Shown in pieces: positions 39,126 through 49,098 of a DNA stretch of 56,596 nucleotides. Every line of letters starts with the position of its first letter. Position 1 is the stretch's first letter. The notes beneath the pieces are model-generated. The model saw only the letters and a program-made list of their open reading frames with translations, did no database searches and had not been told where the DNA came from. Both the position numbers and the translations under genes were made by a program. Source of the stretch: a virus (Duplodnaviria; Caudoviricetes); the IMG/VR virus record IMGVR_UViG_3300027977_001210, positions 1 through 56,596 of that record; one strand, written 5' to 3'.

Positions 39126-40413
39126 CATTTCTAAATATAAAACATTTTGCATAGTGCCATTTAACATGATGTATAGTCTTAACAACGGCGATTACCGGGC
39201 TTGTTGTTTTACTGAACCAGGTGTCCCTAGCGACGACAATGTTACTGAGCCAGTCAATGCGTTTAAAACTCCAATCGAAAAAGTTTGGAATAACAAATAT
39301 TACAAACAGTTAAGGTATGATCTATCCACAGGCACAAAAAATAAAACCTGTGCAACCTGTTGGAAAAAAGAAGAAAACAACGAGTTTTCCCATAGACAAA
39401 AATATAACAGCGATGCAGGAATAACTGATGCACAGATCGAAACTCTATCTGCTGTTGCAATTTCAAACAACGGACATTATTCTATCTTACCTAAAGTGAT
39501 TCAAATAAAAACAGGGAATCTTTGTAATTTAAAATGTATAATGTGCAACCAAGCGTCAAGCAGTTTGATAGAGGAAGAAGTCATACAATGGAAAGAACAG
39601 AAAATTCAGTTGCCCCAATACATTGAGTTTATAGATCAATATGAAGAAAAGTGGAGGGGATCTATTACTGACCAAGACGCAGAACACCTTTATCTTAATT
39701 ATGAAAAAGCAATAATAGATTGTGATGAACTACAGTTAGTCGGTGGTGAACCATTAGTAAGCCCTGTTACACACTATATTATCAATCAGCTAATCAGTAA
39801 AAACATAGCTCAAGATAAGCGTCTCTATTTTATTACTAATTTAACGTCGTTGAATAAAAAATTAATTGAGAAATTAGAAAAATTTAAATTCACTACAATA
39901 TCAGTGAGTTGGGATCATGTTGATAAGAAAAAATTTAATTTTATTCGATACCCTGCCAACTATCAGCATTTTAGAAAAAATTTCGATAAGCTCAGTAATT
40001 CTTTTAACATACATTTAAAACTAAGTCCCACATTTAGTATATTCAATATATTTGATATAGAACAAATATTCGACACCTTTAAAGAAATTTCATATACACA
40101 AAAAGATTTTACCATAAATCCTAACTGGGTGGAACAACCTAAACATTTTTGTATACGATATTTAGAACCCGAACAGAAACATCAAATAGCAGACTACATA
40201 GAAGCGTATATTGAAAAAAATAAAAATGAAAAAATGTTTTTAGAAAATCCTCCTTTCTTTGAAATGTTTAAGTCGATTAGAAACATGTTGTTTAAAGAAG
40301 TTTTTGATTTTGAAGAAGTTACGAAAGAAAGAACTCGTGTGCTTAAATTATATGACGACACACGAAACACTGATTATAAATCTCTTTTTCCTTACATCAA
40401 GGATTACAAGTGA
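39106..40413 (+). CDS. Radical SAM protein with N-terminal twitch/SPASM-like domain (type B; start probably 39118)
   Basis: FCIVPF...CC...CATC; CNLKCIMC; GGEP. Confidence 0.9.
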   Translation: MDQSMDNISKYKTFCIVPFNMMYSLNNGDYRACCFTEPGVPSDDNVTEPVNAFKTPIEKVWNNKYYKQLRYDLSTGTKNKTCATCWKKEENNEFSHRQKYNSDAGITDAQIETLSAVAISNNGHYSILPKVIQIKTGNLCNLKCIMCNQASSSLIEEEVIQWKEQKIQLPQYIEFIDQYEEKWRGSITDQDAEHLYLNYEKAIIDCDELQLVGGEPLVSPVTHYIINQLISKNIAQDKRLYFITNLTSLNKKLIEKLEKFKFTTISVSWDHVDKKKFNFIRYPANYQHFRKNFDKLSNSFNIHLKLSPTFSIFNIFDIEQIFDTFKEISYTQKDFTINPNWVEQPKHFCIRYLEPEQKHQIADYIEAYIEKNKNEKMFLENPPFFEMFKSIRNMLFKEVFDFEEVTKERTRVLKLYDDTRNTDYKSLFPYIKDYK

Positions 40414-41495
40414 TGTTTACATTTGATCAGTTGACCCAGATTCATTTAGAAATATCTAATAATTGTCAAGCCAGTTGCCCCATGTGCTCGCGTAACATTA
40501 ATGGCGGAGGCATTAACCCTTTAATCGTTAATCGTGATTGGACTTTAGAACAGTTTAAAATAATCATGAATCCAGAGGTGTTAACACAAATCGATGGATT
40601 TTATCTGTGCGGAACATTCGGCGATCCTATGATGAATAATGACCTGCTTGATATGTGTAGGTATGCCAAAGAGATTAAAACAGATATTCGAATCCATATG
40701 CATACTAATGGGGGTGCTCGTAAAGCAGAGTGGTGGGCTGAATTAGCAAAAGTGCTGCCAGCAGGTCACATGGTAACATTTGGGTTAGACGGTCTTGCCG
40801 ACACAAATCATTTATACCGAGTTGGCACTAATTTTGATACTATTATTCGTAACGCTAAATCATTTATTGCAGCAGGCGGTCAAGCAGAGTGGGCGTTTAT
40901 TAAATTTAAACACAATGAACATCAAGTAGAAGAAGCACAACAACTAGCTAAAGATCTTGGATTTGTGAGATTCAATTTAAAGGCGAGTTCGAGATTTATA
41001 ATAGAACCACGTGTAAAAGTAGTTAATCGCCAAGGAGAGATCACGCATTATATCGAGCCATCCACTGATACTACCATGAAGTTTATCGATAAAAAAGCTA
41101 TTGATAATTATAAACAGATTGTTAAAGATGCTGTGATAGAATGTCAGGTGTTAAAAACCAAAGAAGTTTACATAGATGCATATGGAGATCTATATGCTTG
41201 TTGTTGGTTAGCTAATACTCCATACACTCATATTTCAGAAGATGCATCTTTTGAAGTAAGAAAAAAAATTAAAGAGCAACACGAAAACATGGTGGCGCAG
41301 TTAGGCGAAGTAAACATATTAAAACGTAGCATAAAAGACATTATTGACAGTCCTGAATATCAAAATATCTGGACCGACATGTGGTCAGGAAAAAATAAAA
41401 ATATCATATGTGCAAGAAGTTGTGGTAAACATCCGGAAACAGAAATAAGCAAGTGTTCAGATCAATTTTTAGAGACTATCAGTTTAGATGAATAA
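40410..41495 (+). CDS. Radical SAM protein with C-terminal SPASM-like domain (type C)
   Basis: CQASCPMC, GDP, HTNG, C...YACC...CARSC. Confidence 0.9.
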   Translation: MMFTFDQLTQIHLEISNNCQASCPMCSRNINGGGINPLIVNRDWTLEQFKIIMNPEVLTQIDGFYLCGTFGDPMMNNDLLDMCRYAKEIKTDIRIHMHTNGGARKAEWWAELAKVLPAGHMVTFGLDGLADTNHLYRVGTNFDTIIRNAKSFIAAGGQAEWAFIKFKHNEHQVEEAQQLAKDLGFVRFNLKASSRFIIEPRVKVVNRQGEITHYIEPSTDTTMKFIDKKAIDNYKQIVKDAVIECQVLKTKEVYIDAYGDLYACCWLANTPYTHISEDASFEVRKKIKEQHENMVAQLGEVNILKRSIKDIIDSPEYQNIWTDMWSGKNKNIICARSCGKHPETEISKCSDQFLETISLDE

Positions 41496-42786
41496 GTTTT
41501 GTCCTTTGCCCTGGATACATTTAGCAACTAGACCCAACGGCGATGTTAGGGTATGTTGCACAGCCAATGCATCTGGTGCCGGCGTTGTAGATTCTAAAGA
41601 ATCTGGGCTTGTCACACAAGATGGGCATATCATGAATCTACGAGATTATTCTATAGAAGAAATATGGAATTCCTCTCAGATGAAGGCAACTCGTTTACAA
41701 ATGATGAACGACGAGACTCCTGCGAGTTGCACTAAATGTTTTGAAGAAGAATCTAAAGGTATTACCAGTAAGAGACAGTGGGAAACTGTAGTCTGGAAGG
41801 AACGGTTGGATATCAACGCCATTGTTGCTACTACTGAACAGGACGGATCCTTGCCAGTTAGTATTCCATATTTTGATTTACGATTAGGGAATTTATGTCA
41901 ACTTAAATGTATTATGTGTAGTCCTCACGATAGCAGTTCTTGGATTAAAGAATGGAAGTTACAATATCCTAAATATAAAACTCTAGAGTTGATAAAAGAT
42001 CAAATATGGGACGACAGAAATAGAGATTATACTTGGTATCAAAACAACAAATTTCTCAATGAAATGAAGCAACAAGCAACGTTCATTAAAGAATTATATT
42101 TTGCAGGCGGCGAACCGTTGTTGATCCCAGAGCACTATAAAATATTAGAATTCATGGTTGAAACAGGTAATGCAAAAAATTGTGTACTACGATACAACAG
42201 CAATGGATTAGAATTGCCTGAAAGACTTTTTGAATTATGGTCACACTTTAAGCAAGTCAAATTCAATTTCAGTATAGATGCATTAGAAGAACGTAACGAT
42301 TATATTCGTTATCCTAGTAAATGGGCCAACGTAGTTTCAAATCTAGAACGATTGGACGATACTCCCGATAATATTGTTGTTAATATTGCCTGTGCCGTAC
42401 AACTAATGAATGTGTTGACTATTCCAGACTTGGTGAATTGGAAAACTAGTATGAATTTTAAAAAGATAAACTTGCCACCATACGGCGCCGGTTTAATCGG
42501 AACACATCTAGTGTATTTGCCAAGCTATTTAAATGTAAGAGTATTACCTAAACATCTAAAGGATCAAGTGAAAACTCGCATTGATCGTTTCTGTGACAGC
42601 AATATGACCAGCATCGAATTTATGAATAATCCTTATGGTTTAACAAGATGGAAGGGATTGATAAATTATATGGAATCTGAGGATTGGTCTAATAAGATTC
42701 CAACCTTGGTTGATTATCTAACCACCACCGACAGTGTTCGTGGCACATGCTATACTGATGTATTCCCAGAACTACAAAATTTATGA
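41488..42786 (+). CDS. Radical SAM protein (type B)
   Basis: FCPLPW...CC...CTKC; CQLKCIMC; AGGEP. Confidence 0.9.
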   Translation: MNKFCPLPWIHLATRPNGDVRVCCTANASGAGVVDSKESGLVTQDGHIMNLRDYSIEEIWNSSQMKATRLQMMNDETPASCTKCFEEESKGITSKRQWETVVWKERLDINAIVATTEQDGSLPVSIPYFDLRLGNLCQLKCIMCSPHDSSSWIKEWKLQYPKYKTLELIKDQIWDDRNRDYTWYQNNKFLNEMKQQATFIKELYFAGGEPLLIPEHYKILEFMVETGNAKNCVLRYNSNGLELPERLFELWSHFKQVKFNFSIDALEERNDYIRYPSKWANVVSNLERLDDTPDNIVVNIACAVQLMNVLTIPDLVNWKTSMNFKKINLPPYGAGLIGTHLVYLPSYLNVRVLPKHLKDQVKTRIDRFCDSNMTSIEFMNNPYGLTRWKGLINYMESEDWSNKIPTLVDYLTTTDSVRGTCYTDVFPELQNL

Positions 42787-43709
42787 TTCCGATTAAGATT
42801 ATATCAACTCAAGACGAGAATCTATTACAGATTCGATTCTTTCCTACCGACATATGTAATTTTAATTGTTCTTATTGCTGGCCAGGCACACACGAGGGGA
42901 AATTTAGATACCCTAGAGATCTAGACTCCATACTAGAAAATTTTAGAAATGTGTTTGATCAATACAAACAGGCAGGAAAAACAAAATTCCATTTAACTAT
43001 ATCCGGTGGTGGAGAACCCACATTATGGCCGAAATTAGAAAACTTCTGTAAACAATTAAAAGAAACGCACGATGTTTTTATCACACTGGTCTCTAACGGG
43101 TCTAGAACGTTGGAATGGTGGAAAAACAATTATCTGTATTTTGACGACGTCACATTAAGTTTTCATAATGAATATGCTGACCTCGAACATCACTGTGCTG
43201 TAGCTGATTTTCTATATGAGAAAGAACTCAAAGTCACAACGCTTGTTTTAATGGATTTTAAAAATTGGGATAGGTGCGTTGATGCCGTGAATGTTATGTT
43301 GACCAGTAAGTATCCTTGGATAATACAAACTAAAGAAATTGTTGATGCTCCGGGTTGTGGAGTTGATTGCTATAACTCAGAACAGATAGCCTACCTAGAA
43401 AGCAGTATAAAACGTATTCCGTCCAGTGATAGATTGTTGAAACACATTGATGATTTTAAATTACATCAGAGCGTTATATTATTTGACGACAATACAGCTA
43501 AGGTTGCAAAACCCCATACAATCATACTTAACAATTGGAATAAGTTTAAAGGATGGAATTGTATGCTAGGAGTTGAATCTATAGTGATAAATTGGGACGG
43601 TACTGTTAAAGGATCGTGTGGAGTTGACCTTAATGGGATGAATCCTGTGATATGCCCGAAGAATGATTGTTCATGTCAGCCCGACACCCACATCTCTAAA
43701 TTTTGTTAA
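42783..43709 (+). CDS. Radical SAM protein (type A)
   Basis: CNFNCSYC; GGEP; FKGWNCMLGVESIVINWDG. Confidence 0.9.
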   Translation: MIPIKIISTQDENLLQIRFFPTDICNFNCSYCWPGTHEGKFRYPRDLDSILENFRNVFDQYKQAGKTKFHLTISGGGEPTLWPKLENFCKQLKETHDVFITLVSNGSRTLEWWKNNYLYFDDVTLSFHNEYADLEHHCAVADFLYEKELKVTTLVLMDFKNWDRCVDAVNVMLTSKYPWIIQTKEIVDAPGCGVDCYNSEQIAYLESSIKRIPSSDRLLKHIDDFKLHQSVILFDDNTAKVAKPHTIILNNWNKFKGWNCMLGVESIVINWDGTVKGSCGVDLNGMNPVICPKNDCSCQPDTHISKFC

Positions 43710-44591
43710 AGGAATATCCGCGGCACAGGTACAGTTATCTCTTGTACAGACTATCGGACCTTTCGGCATTAAAAATGTTCCGTTATAGATATTTCCTAAA
43801 CTACCACCGACACGACAAGTAGCACGATGTACTTCGCCGTCCCAGTTAATCATTAGACTCTCAATACCAGCATTGCACGACCACCCCTTAAATTGATTCA
43901 TGTGTGTTTTAATTACATCATTGGCATGAATAATTTGAGAATCGTCTATTCTACAGTTAGGTTTAACAGTAGCATCACGTGCAATGATCCATTCTAAGTC
44001 TTTACCATCATAGCGCATGTCGTCGAACACATTATGATCTCCCTCAGTCCATCGGATTCGACGAATGGCATATTTGATTCCAATCTCATCGAACTTTTTA
44101 ACAACAACTTTTACATTATGTATATACTTGTGGTGGGCCATAACATTAACAAAGAAGTCTTGTTCTGTGCTGTCATAGTATTTTAAAATAGTATCAAATA
44201 TCCTAGTCCAGTCTTGTTCAAAATGTAAACTAAACACAAGATGATTGAAATACATTTCGTTATCTAAATACCAACGATATCCTCGAGTACCGTTGGTAGT
44301 TAAATTAATCCAAAATATATCTTTACGTTTAAAGTAATCAAGCAGATCTTGTATATCGGGATGAACACAAGGTTCGCCACCCGTTAAACTTATACGCAAT
44401 GGTTTTCCTAGTTCACAAAGTTTGTCCACGGTTGATTCTAATATATTAATATCTGTGTGAGGACTATAGTTGTCGTGGATCACTGCTGGACAATAACTAC
44501 AATCGTAGTTGCATCTCTTTCCTAGATTCCATTCAACCTTGAGTTGATCTTGATGAGGCCAAGCAGAAGTTATCTTATACATAAGGCACAA
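43671..44591 (-). CDS. Radical SAM protein (type A; start probably 44582)
   Basis: CNYDCSYC; TGGEP; FKGWSCNAGIESLMINWDG. Confidence 0.9.
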   Translation of the reverse strand: MCLMYKITSAWPHQDQLKVEWNLGKRCNYDCSYCPAVIHDNYSPHTDINILESTVDKLCELGKPLRISLTGGEPCVHPDIQDLLDYFKRKDIFWINLTTNGTRGYRWYLDNEMYFNHLVFSLHFEQDWTRIFDTILKYYDSTEQDFFVNVMAHHKYIHNVKVVVKKFDEIGIKYAIRRIRWTEGDHNVFDDMRYDGKDLEWIIARDATVKPNCRIDDSQIIHANDVIKTHMNQFKGWSCNAGIESLMINWDGEVHRATCRVGGSLGNIYNGTFLMPKGPIVCTRDNCTCAADIPLTKFRDVGVGLT

Positions 44592-45888
44592 ACTCTGGAG
44601 TTATTTTTTCAAAACATTGATTACGAGTAGCATCTAGTTTGTGATTAAATTCTATGCACTCTTGCCATTTATCACTTTGATCATTAGAATTAAGATAGTT
44701 TATGACTCCGGTAATTTGACCTCTGGTCAAATCAAGCAACATGGGATGTTTTTCCACTAATTTAAAATTAGCTAATTTATCTTGTACATTTAGTAAACGT
44801 GTAATTGCAACATTTTTTAAAGGGCCTGGCAATACCTGTGCTGATAAAACATTAGGATAGTTAACCATGTTGGTGTAAAACACAATGCCAAGATCGTTTA
44901 AGAACAATTCTATCATTTTGTCAAGTATAAGAACATTGCTAACTTGCACAGCAACAGCACCTACAATTCTGCTCACATTGGGGATGGTTTGTATCTGGTT
45001 AATATTATTAACAAGTTCTGACCAACTGGCGTTTCCCCGGACGTACTCGTAGCTATCACCTATGCCATCAATACTTACATTGACTGCTACTGATTTAAAC
45101 TTAGGCCAATATTCCCATATGGTGCGATTGCTCTTGCCTAACATAGTCAAGTTAGTGGCATACTTAATTTCAATTTGATCTCCATAAGGAGCAAGCATAT
45201 CTAAAATTTTATAATGTGTTGGATCCATTAACGGTTCACCACCAGCAAACTCCACACGTCTGAAGTACGGCAGTAGTTTTTCAAAGCTAGTCCACCAATT
45301 GTCGGTATCTACGAAACTGTCAAGAAACGGCTTGTTCTTGAGATTTAAGTCTATGACCTTTTGTACTAGGAAGTTATCTTCTTTTTTATAATGTTCTTCT
45401 ACTTCTTGCCAATCATTCCATGACGTACTATCCATAGGATTACACATTCGGCATTTGAGATTACATAAGTTATTCATCTTAATTTCTATAGTAGGAATCT
45501 CAAAAGGCATTGTATAGTCTTTACGCAGTGTTGATACAGCATTGGGATACAAATTAATACGTGCCTCTGGAATCACACCTGCAATATGTCGCTGCCGCAG
45601 ACTTTCTACACCTTGATCTTCTAGATTAAAGCAAGGAGCACATTCTGCAGGACGTTCATTGTTTAATACCTGTTTACGTATCTGTTGCATGACATTGTTA
45701 TTCCAAATCTCTTCTAATGTTTGATCTTGAATAAATCCAACAGGATGGCTTCGACAGCAGACTTTAACAGCACCGTCTTCTCTAGTTGCTAGTCCGGTGA
45801 ACGGATGCATACAAAATGTTTTACTTTGATTGTTCAATTGCCCACTCTCTTTCTTTGCACCAAAAACATTTGCCGCATGTTGGAACAT
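44575..45888 (-). CDS. Radical SAM protein (type B; start probably TTG 45837)
   Basis: FCMHPF...CC...CAPC; CNLKCRMC; AGGEP. Confidence 0.9.
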   Translation of the reverse strand: MFQHAANVFGAKKESGQLNNQSKTFCMHPFTGLATREDGAVKVCCRSHPVGFIQDQTLEEIWNNNVMQQIRKQVLNNERPAECAPCFNLEDQGVESLRQRHIAGVIPEARINLYPNAVSTLRKDYTMPFEIPTIEIKMNNLCNLKCRMCNPMDSTSWNDWQEVEEHYKKEDNFLVQKVIDLNLKNKPFLDSFVDTDNWWTSFEKLLPYFRRVEFAGGEPLMDPTHYKILDMLAPYGDQIEIKYATNLTMLGKSNRTIWEYWPKFKSVAVNVSIDGIGDSYEYVRGNASWSELVNNINQIQTIPNVSRIVGAVAVQVSNVLILDKMIELFLNDLGIVFYTNMVNYPNVLSAQVLPGPLKNVAITRLLNVQDKLANFKLVEKHPMLLDLTRGQITGVINYLNSNDQSDKWQECIEFNHKLDATRNQCFEKITPEFVPYV

Positions 45889-46561
45889 GCTGTCCAGGTT
45901 TATATGTTGTATAATCTATCCCGTCAAACTCGCCTTCACAACTGCGAGTTATTTCAAACAACTCTTGTATATTTAAACGCTGATATTGTTTAACTATCCA
46001 TTTCTTTTCTACGAATCTAAAAGGGTGACTCACTAAAACACCCATGTGTGTCATTAGTTCTAAATGTTTGTTTTTGTCTGTAGGTTCGAGATCTCTTTCA
46101 ACCATGCCCGTAAATGCATCAGTTCTTGGATTCCTAGTTACTGCATTGTAATATGCTTTTACTTCATGTGTGTGGCAGACAAATTCTGCGTAGGCACGCT
46201 GTTGTGCGTTATCCCCACTGACTTTTTTTCCGTATTCATCTGTTATACTAGGCCCCATATTTCCGTATTCAACATCTGGTGCTATAAAATTTGTGTGTCT
46301 AACCAGTTTAAGATTAGGAAATTTCATAGTCAACCAATCGAATACTCTCATACTATCATGACTTTGCCATGGTCGAGTTTTCCACATTCTAGTATGACTA
46401 ATTATGTGAACTGCCATTTTGGAATGTGCATGACTGCAAAGCAAATATGCCAGCAAGGCACTGTCTGCTCCACCGCTTAGACCAATAGCAATGCTGTTCC
46501 ACGTTTTATCAAACGGTAAGATAACCCCATCGATGTTGTGTAAATTATAACTCATAGCCAA
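45821..46561 (-). CDS. QueC-like PP-loop ATPase
   Basis: LSGGADS PP-loop; TRSC...CGKCFWCKER Zn motif. Confidence 0.75.
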   Translation of the reverse strand: MAMSYNLHNIDGVILPFDKTWNSIAIGLSGGADSALLAYLLCSHAHSKMAVHIISHTRMWKTRPWQSHDSMRVFDWLTMKFPNLKLVRHTNFIAPDVEYGNMGPSITDEYGKKVSGDNAQQRAYAEFVCHTHEVKAYYNAVTRNPRTDAFTGMVERDLEPTDKNKHLELMTHMGVLVSHPFRFVEKKWIVKQYQRLNIQELFEITRSCEGEFDGIDYTTYKPGQHVPTCGKCFWCKEREWAIEQSK

Positions 46562-47760
46562 TCTCTAGAATGCCATGTTGGTTTTTGTAATGTATTAATC
46601 TCTACAGAAGTTATATCATTATACAAGGACATGTTTGCAAATCCAGTGCAGGCCCGCAATGAAAAATTTATCACTGCGTTTGAAAATTTATTCTTGATAT
46701 TTTTAATCATTTCATTTTCTTTATATAATCGATGATCTAAACTATAGAAAAAACTAGTTCCTTCGTAGGCATATATATTGGACAAATTTATCAAAGTTGG
46801 CAAGGTTAAATTTAAATTATCAAAATAGTATTCGTCAGTTAGCAGGTCTATTTTAATAAAATCGTAAGTGACGTTGTCAAGCAAAGGAGCATGCGATCTC
46901 CAGTAGTCTAATGCTTGTTGATTGTAGTCGTACATTATTACTTTAACTGGTTTAGTTTTGCTTATTACATTAACCCACCAATCACCGCTAGCCGGCACAA
47001 CACACTGTTCAAATTCTCCTTGATCAAAATTCATCTTTTCTGTATTGGCTGTATGAATGAATTCGTTGGAACAAAAATGAAATCTTTTATATGCCCACTG
47101 AATGTGATTTAAAAATTCTCTTTGATTTTCTGGATAGTAATGTTTTTTATTTTCTCGAACAGTATCATCAAAAATAATCACAGGTAATTGATTGTCAAAC
47201 GATTCTTTTAATAAGTTCCAACCGTGACATTTATGATTATAAGTTACAAGATTTGTCCCACCATTAACCCATATAGGAGTATAATGGTCATGTATATTTT
47301 CTTTACTACGATGAGGAGCATATTGTTGATGGCCGGCTCCTAATTCTTGTTTGCCTACTACTGGATAATTTAATTTTTTAAATATATTTAAATTTACAAA
47401 ATAACATTGGTGGTGGAGTTCATAATATGCATCTCCTCTATCTAAGATATGCCCTGCTAAAAATGTATCAGTTTTTGATAGCTCTTCTACAGCATTATAA
47501 AATGCCTGTCCGTTTATAAATTCTGTTCCGGTTGAAAATACCACGGCTGATTTATACCCGTAATCTACAGCTGCTCGTAATAATATATCCTCATCCTGAC
47601 CTTGGATAATGTCGTAGCCCTTAGAAAATGTATTTGATATTGTAAAATCGGAAATATTTTTGACAAGTTCACTAGCCCATGAACTAGGATAGGTATGTGT
47701 GTTGTCTACAAAACAGAAAACAATTGGGTTTTTAAATTGTTGAAATTTTACCACGTTCAT
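46552..47760 (-). CDS. Hypothetical protein (402 aa)
   Basis: Long co-oriented ORF; no motif recognised with confidence. Confidence 0.75.
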   Translation of the reverse strand: MNVVKFQQFKNPIVFCFVDNTHTYPSSWASELVKNISDFTISNTFSKGYDIIQGQDEDILLRAAVDYGYKSAVVFSTGTEFINGQAFYNAVEELSKTDTFLAGHILDRGDAYYELHHQCYFVNLNIFKKLNYPVVGKQELGAGHQQYAPHRSKENIHDHYTPIWVNGGTNLVTYNHKCHGWNLLKESFDNQLPVIIFDDTVRENKKHYYPENQREFLNHIQWAYKRFHFCSNEFIHTANTEKMNFDQGEFEQCVVPASGDWWVNVISKTKPVKVIMYDYNQQALDYWRSHAPLLDNVTYDFIKIDLLTDEYYFDNLNLTLPTLINLSNIYAYEGTSFFYSLDHRLYKENEMIKNIKNKFSNAVINFSLRACTGFANMSLYNDITSVEINTLQKPTWHSRDWL

Positions 47761-48394
47761 ATTGTTTATTATAACTTCTTACTACTAATTCTGCAAACTC
47801 TTTCTTTTTATTGCCGATGACACAATGAGCAATCATATGCATGCGAGGACTTGGACTATTATTAACAACTGAATGTGTACTGGTTATATTAACTATGAAT
47901 GCCTTGCCTTCGGAGAACGGAACTGTGCCATGCCCGTCTAATGTCATGTAACAGTTGTCAGGATGTACGATAGCAACATTGATTGGAATCATATGATCCA
48001 TCATGTCAAAATCAGTGTTTCTAACACCGTTTGGAGAATCATTGTGAGGAGCAATGTGGCCGCCAGATGCCAGTTCCATAAATCTCAATCGAGCAAATCT
48101 CTCAGTTGGTATAGATTTCCAAAAGTTAGTAATCGTAGGAGTTAGCATTGATAGTTCTGTCCAGTTATAGGATTCTAATGGTACATTTAAATCAGTTCCA
48201 GTATGCTCAACGCTTTGGCCGTGGATACAACAGCTCCGCCAGCCGTTATGCCCGCCGCCCTCTCTGTGGGGAACTAAAAAAGATTCTGCTAGTTTAGCTT
48301 CTTGTTTCCACTTTGATAAATCGAATGTTAGATCCAATTCTATCCAACCGATAGGCTTTCTAAGTATCTCAGTTGCTTGGTCTATGATATCCAT
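47732..48394 (-). CDS. AspH-like oxygenase
   Basis: RLRFMEL..GGHIAPHND...HSVVN...RMH. Confidence 0.8.
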   Translation of the reverse strand: MDIIDQATEILRKPIGWIELDLTFDLSKWKQEAKLAESFLVPHREGGGHNGWRSCCIHGQSVEHTGTDLNVPLESYNWTELSMLTPTITNFWKSIPTERFARLRFMELASGGHIAPHNDSPNGVRNTDFDMMDHMIPINVAIVHPDNCYMTLDGHGTVPFSEGKAFIVNITSTHSVVNNSPSPRMHMIAHCVIGNKKKEFAELVVRSYNKQYERGKISTI

Positions 48395-48435
48395 GAAATA
48401 TTTATATGCACGGTTTATAGGGTAAATATTTCATG
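48392..48435. repeat. 13-bp inverted repeat TAAATATTTCATG covering both divergent promoters and start codons
   Basis: catgaaatattta 48392-48404 and taaatatttcatg 48423-48435. Confidence 0.85.
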
Positions 48436-49098
48436 CTATCCAAGACAAATTACACAGTTGATACATCGTTATTTCGAGAGGCTTGTGACCAGTTACCAAG
48501 TCAAGATATGAAGACCACTATAAACTGCCCAACCGGAAACTTCTTTTATGATACATGGGAATTGAAAGAAGAATTCAAAGGCACCGTTTGGGAAACTTTA
48601 TATAATTCACTGCCTATAACTAAAGGAGAAGCAAGAATCATTATTTTAGATCCAGCCCATTGTTATCAAACTCATGCAGATATCGATGATCGATACCATC
48701 TTAACATACTAGGTGAAGCATGCTATCTTATGGACTTAGTCAAAGAGCAAATGTGTCTTTTAGAACAAGACGGTGTTTGGTATGATATGGATGCAGGACT
48801 ACTGCACACTGCTGCTAATTTTGGCAGACGTACTAGAGTACAATTAGTAGTTAGACATTTACTAAAAAAGAATGAACTACTAGATCCGGTAGAGATAACA
48901 TTGTCTTCAACTGTAGCTAACACCGACGATACTAGGTTTATATTTGATAATACGTTGAGCTCGTGGCTTAACAAAGCAAATAAGTTAGGCTATATAAGCA
49001 ATTTTTCATATTCTCCAATGGTAGTAAATTTTAATATAGAAAAAAATAAACTAGATATGTTTAAAAGTATTTTGCCAGTCGAATTTAAACTAATATGA
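48433..49098 (+). CDS. AspH-like oxygenase
   Basis: HADIDDRYHL...HTAAN...RVQLV. Confidence 0.75.
   Translation: MLSKTNYTVDTSLFREACDQLPSQDMKTTINCPTGNFFYDTWELKEEFKGTVWETLYNSLPITKGEARIIILDPAHCYQTHADIDDRYHLNILGEACYLMDLVKEQMCLLEQDGVWYDMDAGLLHTAANFGRRTRVQLVVRHLLKKNELLDPVEITLSSTVANTDDTRFIFDNTLSSWLNKANKLGYISNFSYSPMVVNFNIEKNKLDMFKSILPVEFKLI

Noticed and set aside
37561-45888. Classical RiPP cluster or QueE/MoaA assignments for the radical SAM genes
   Set aside because: No precursor ORF, RRE, protease or exporter seen; motifs do not support specific QueE or MoaA orthology.
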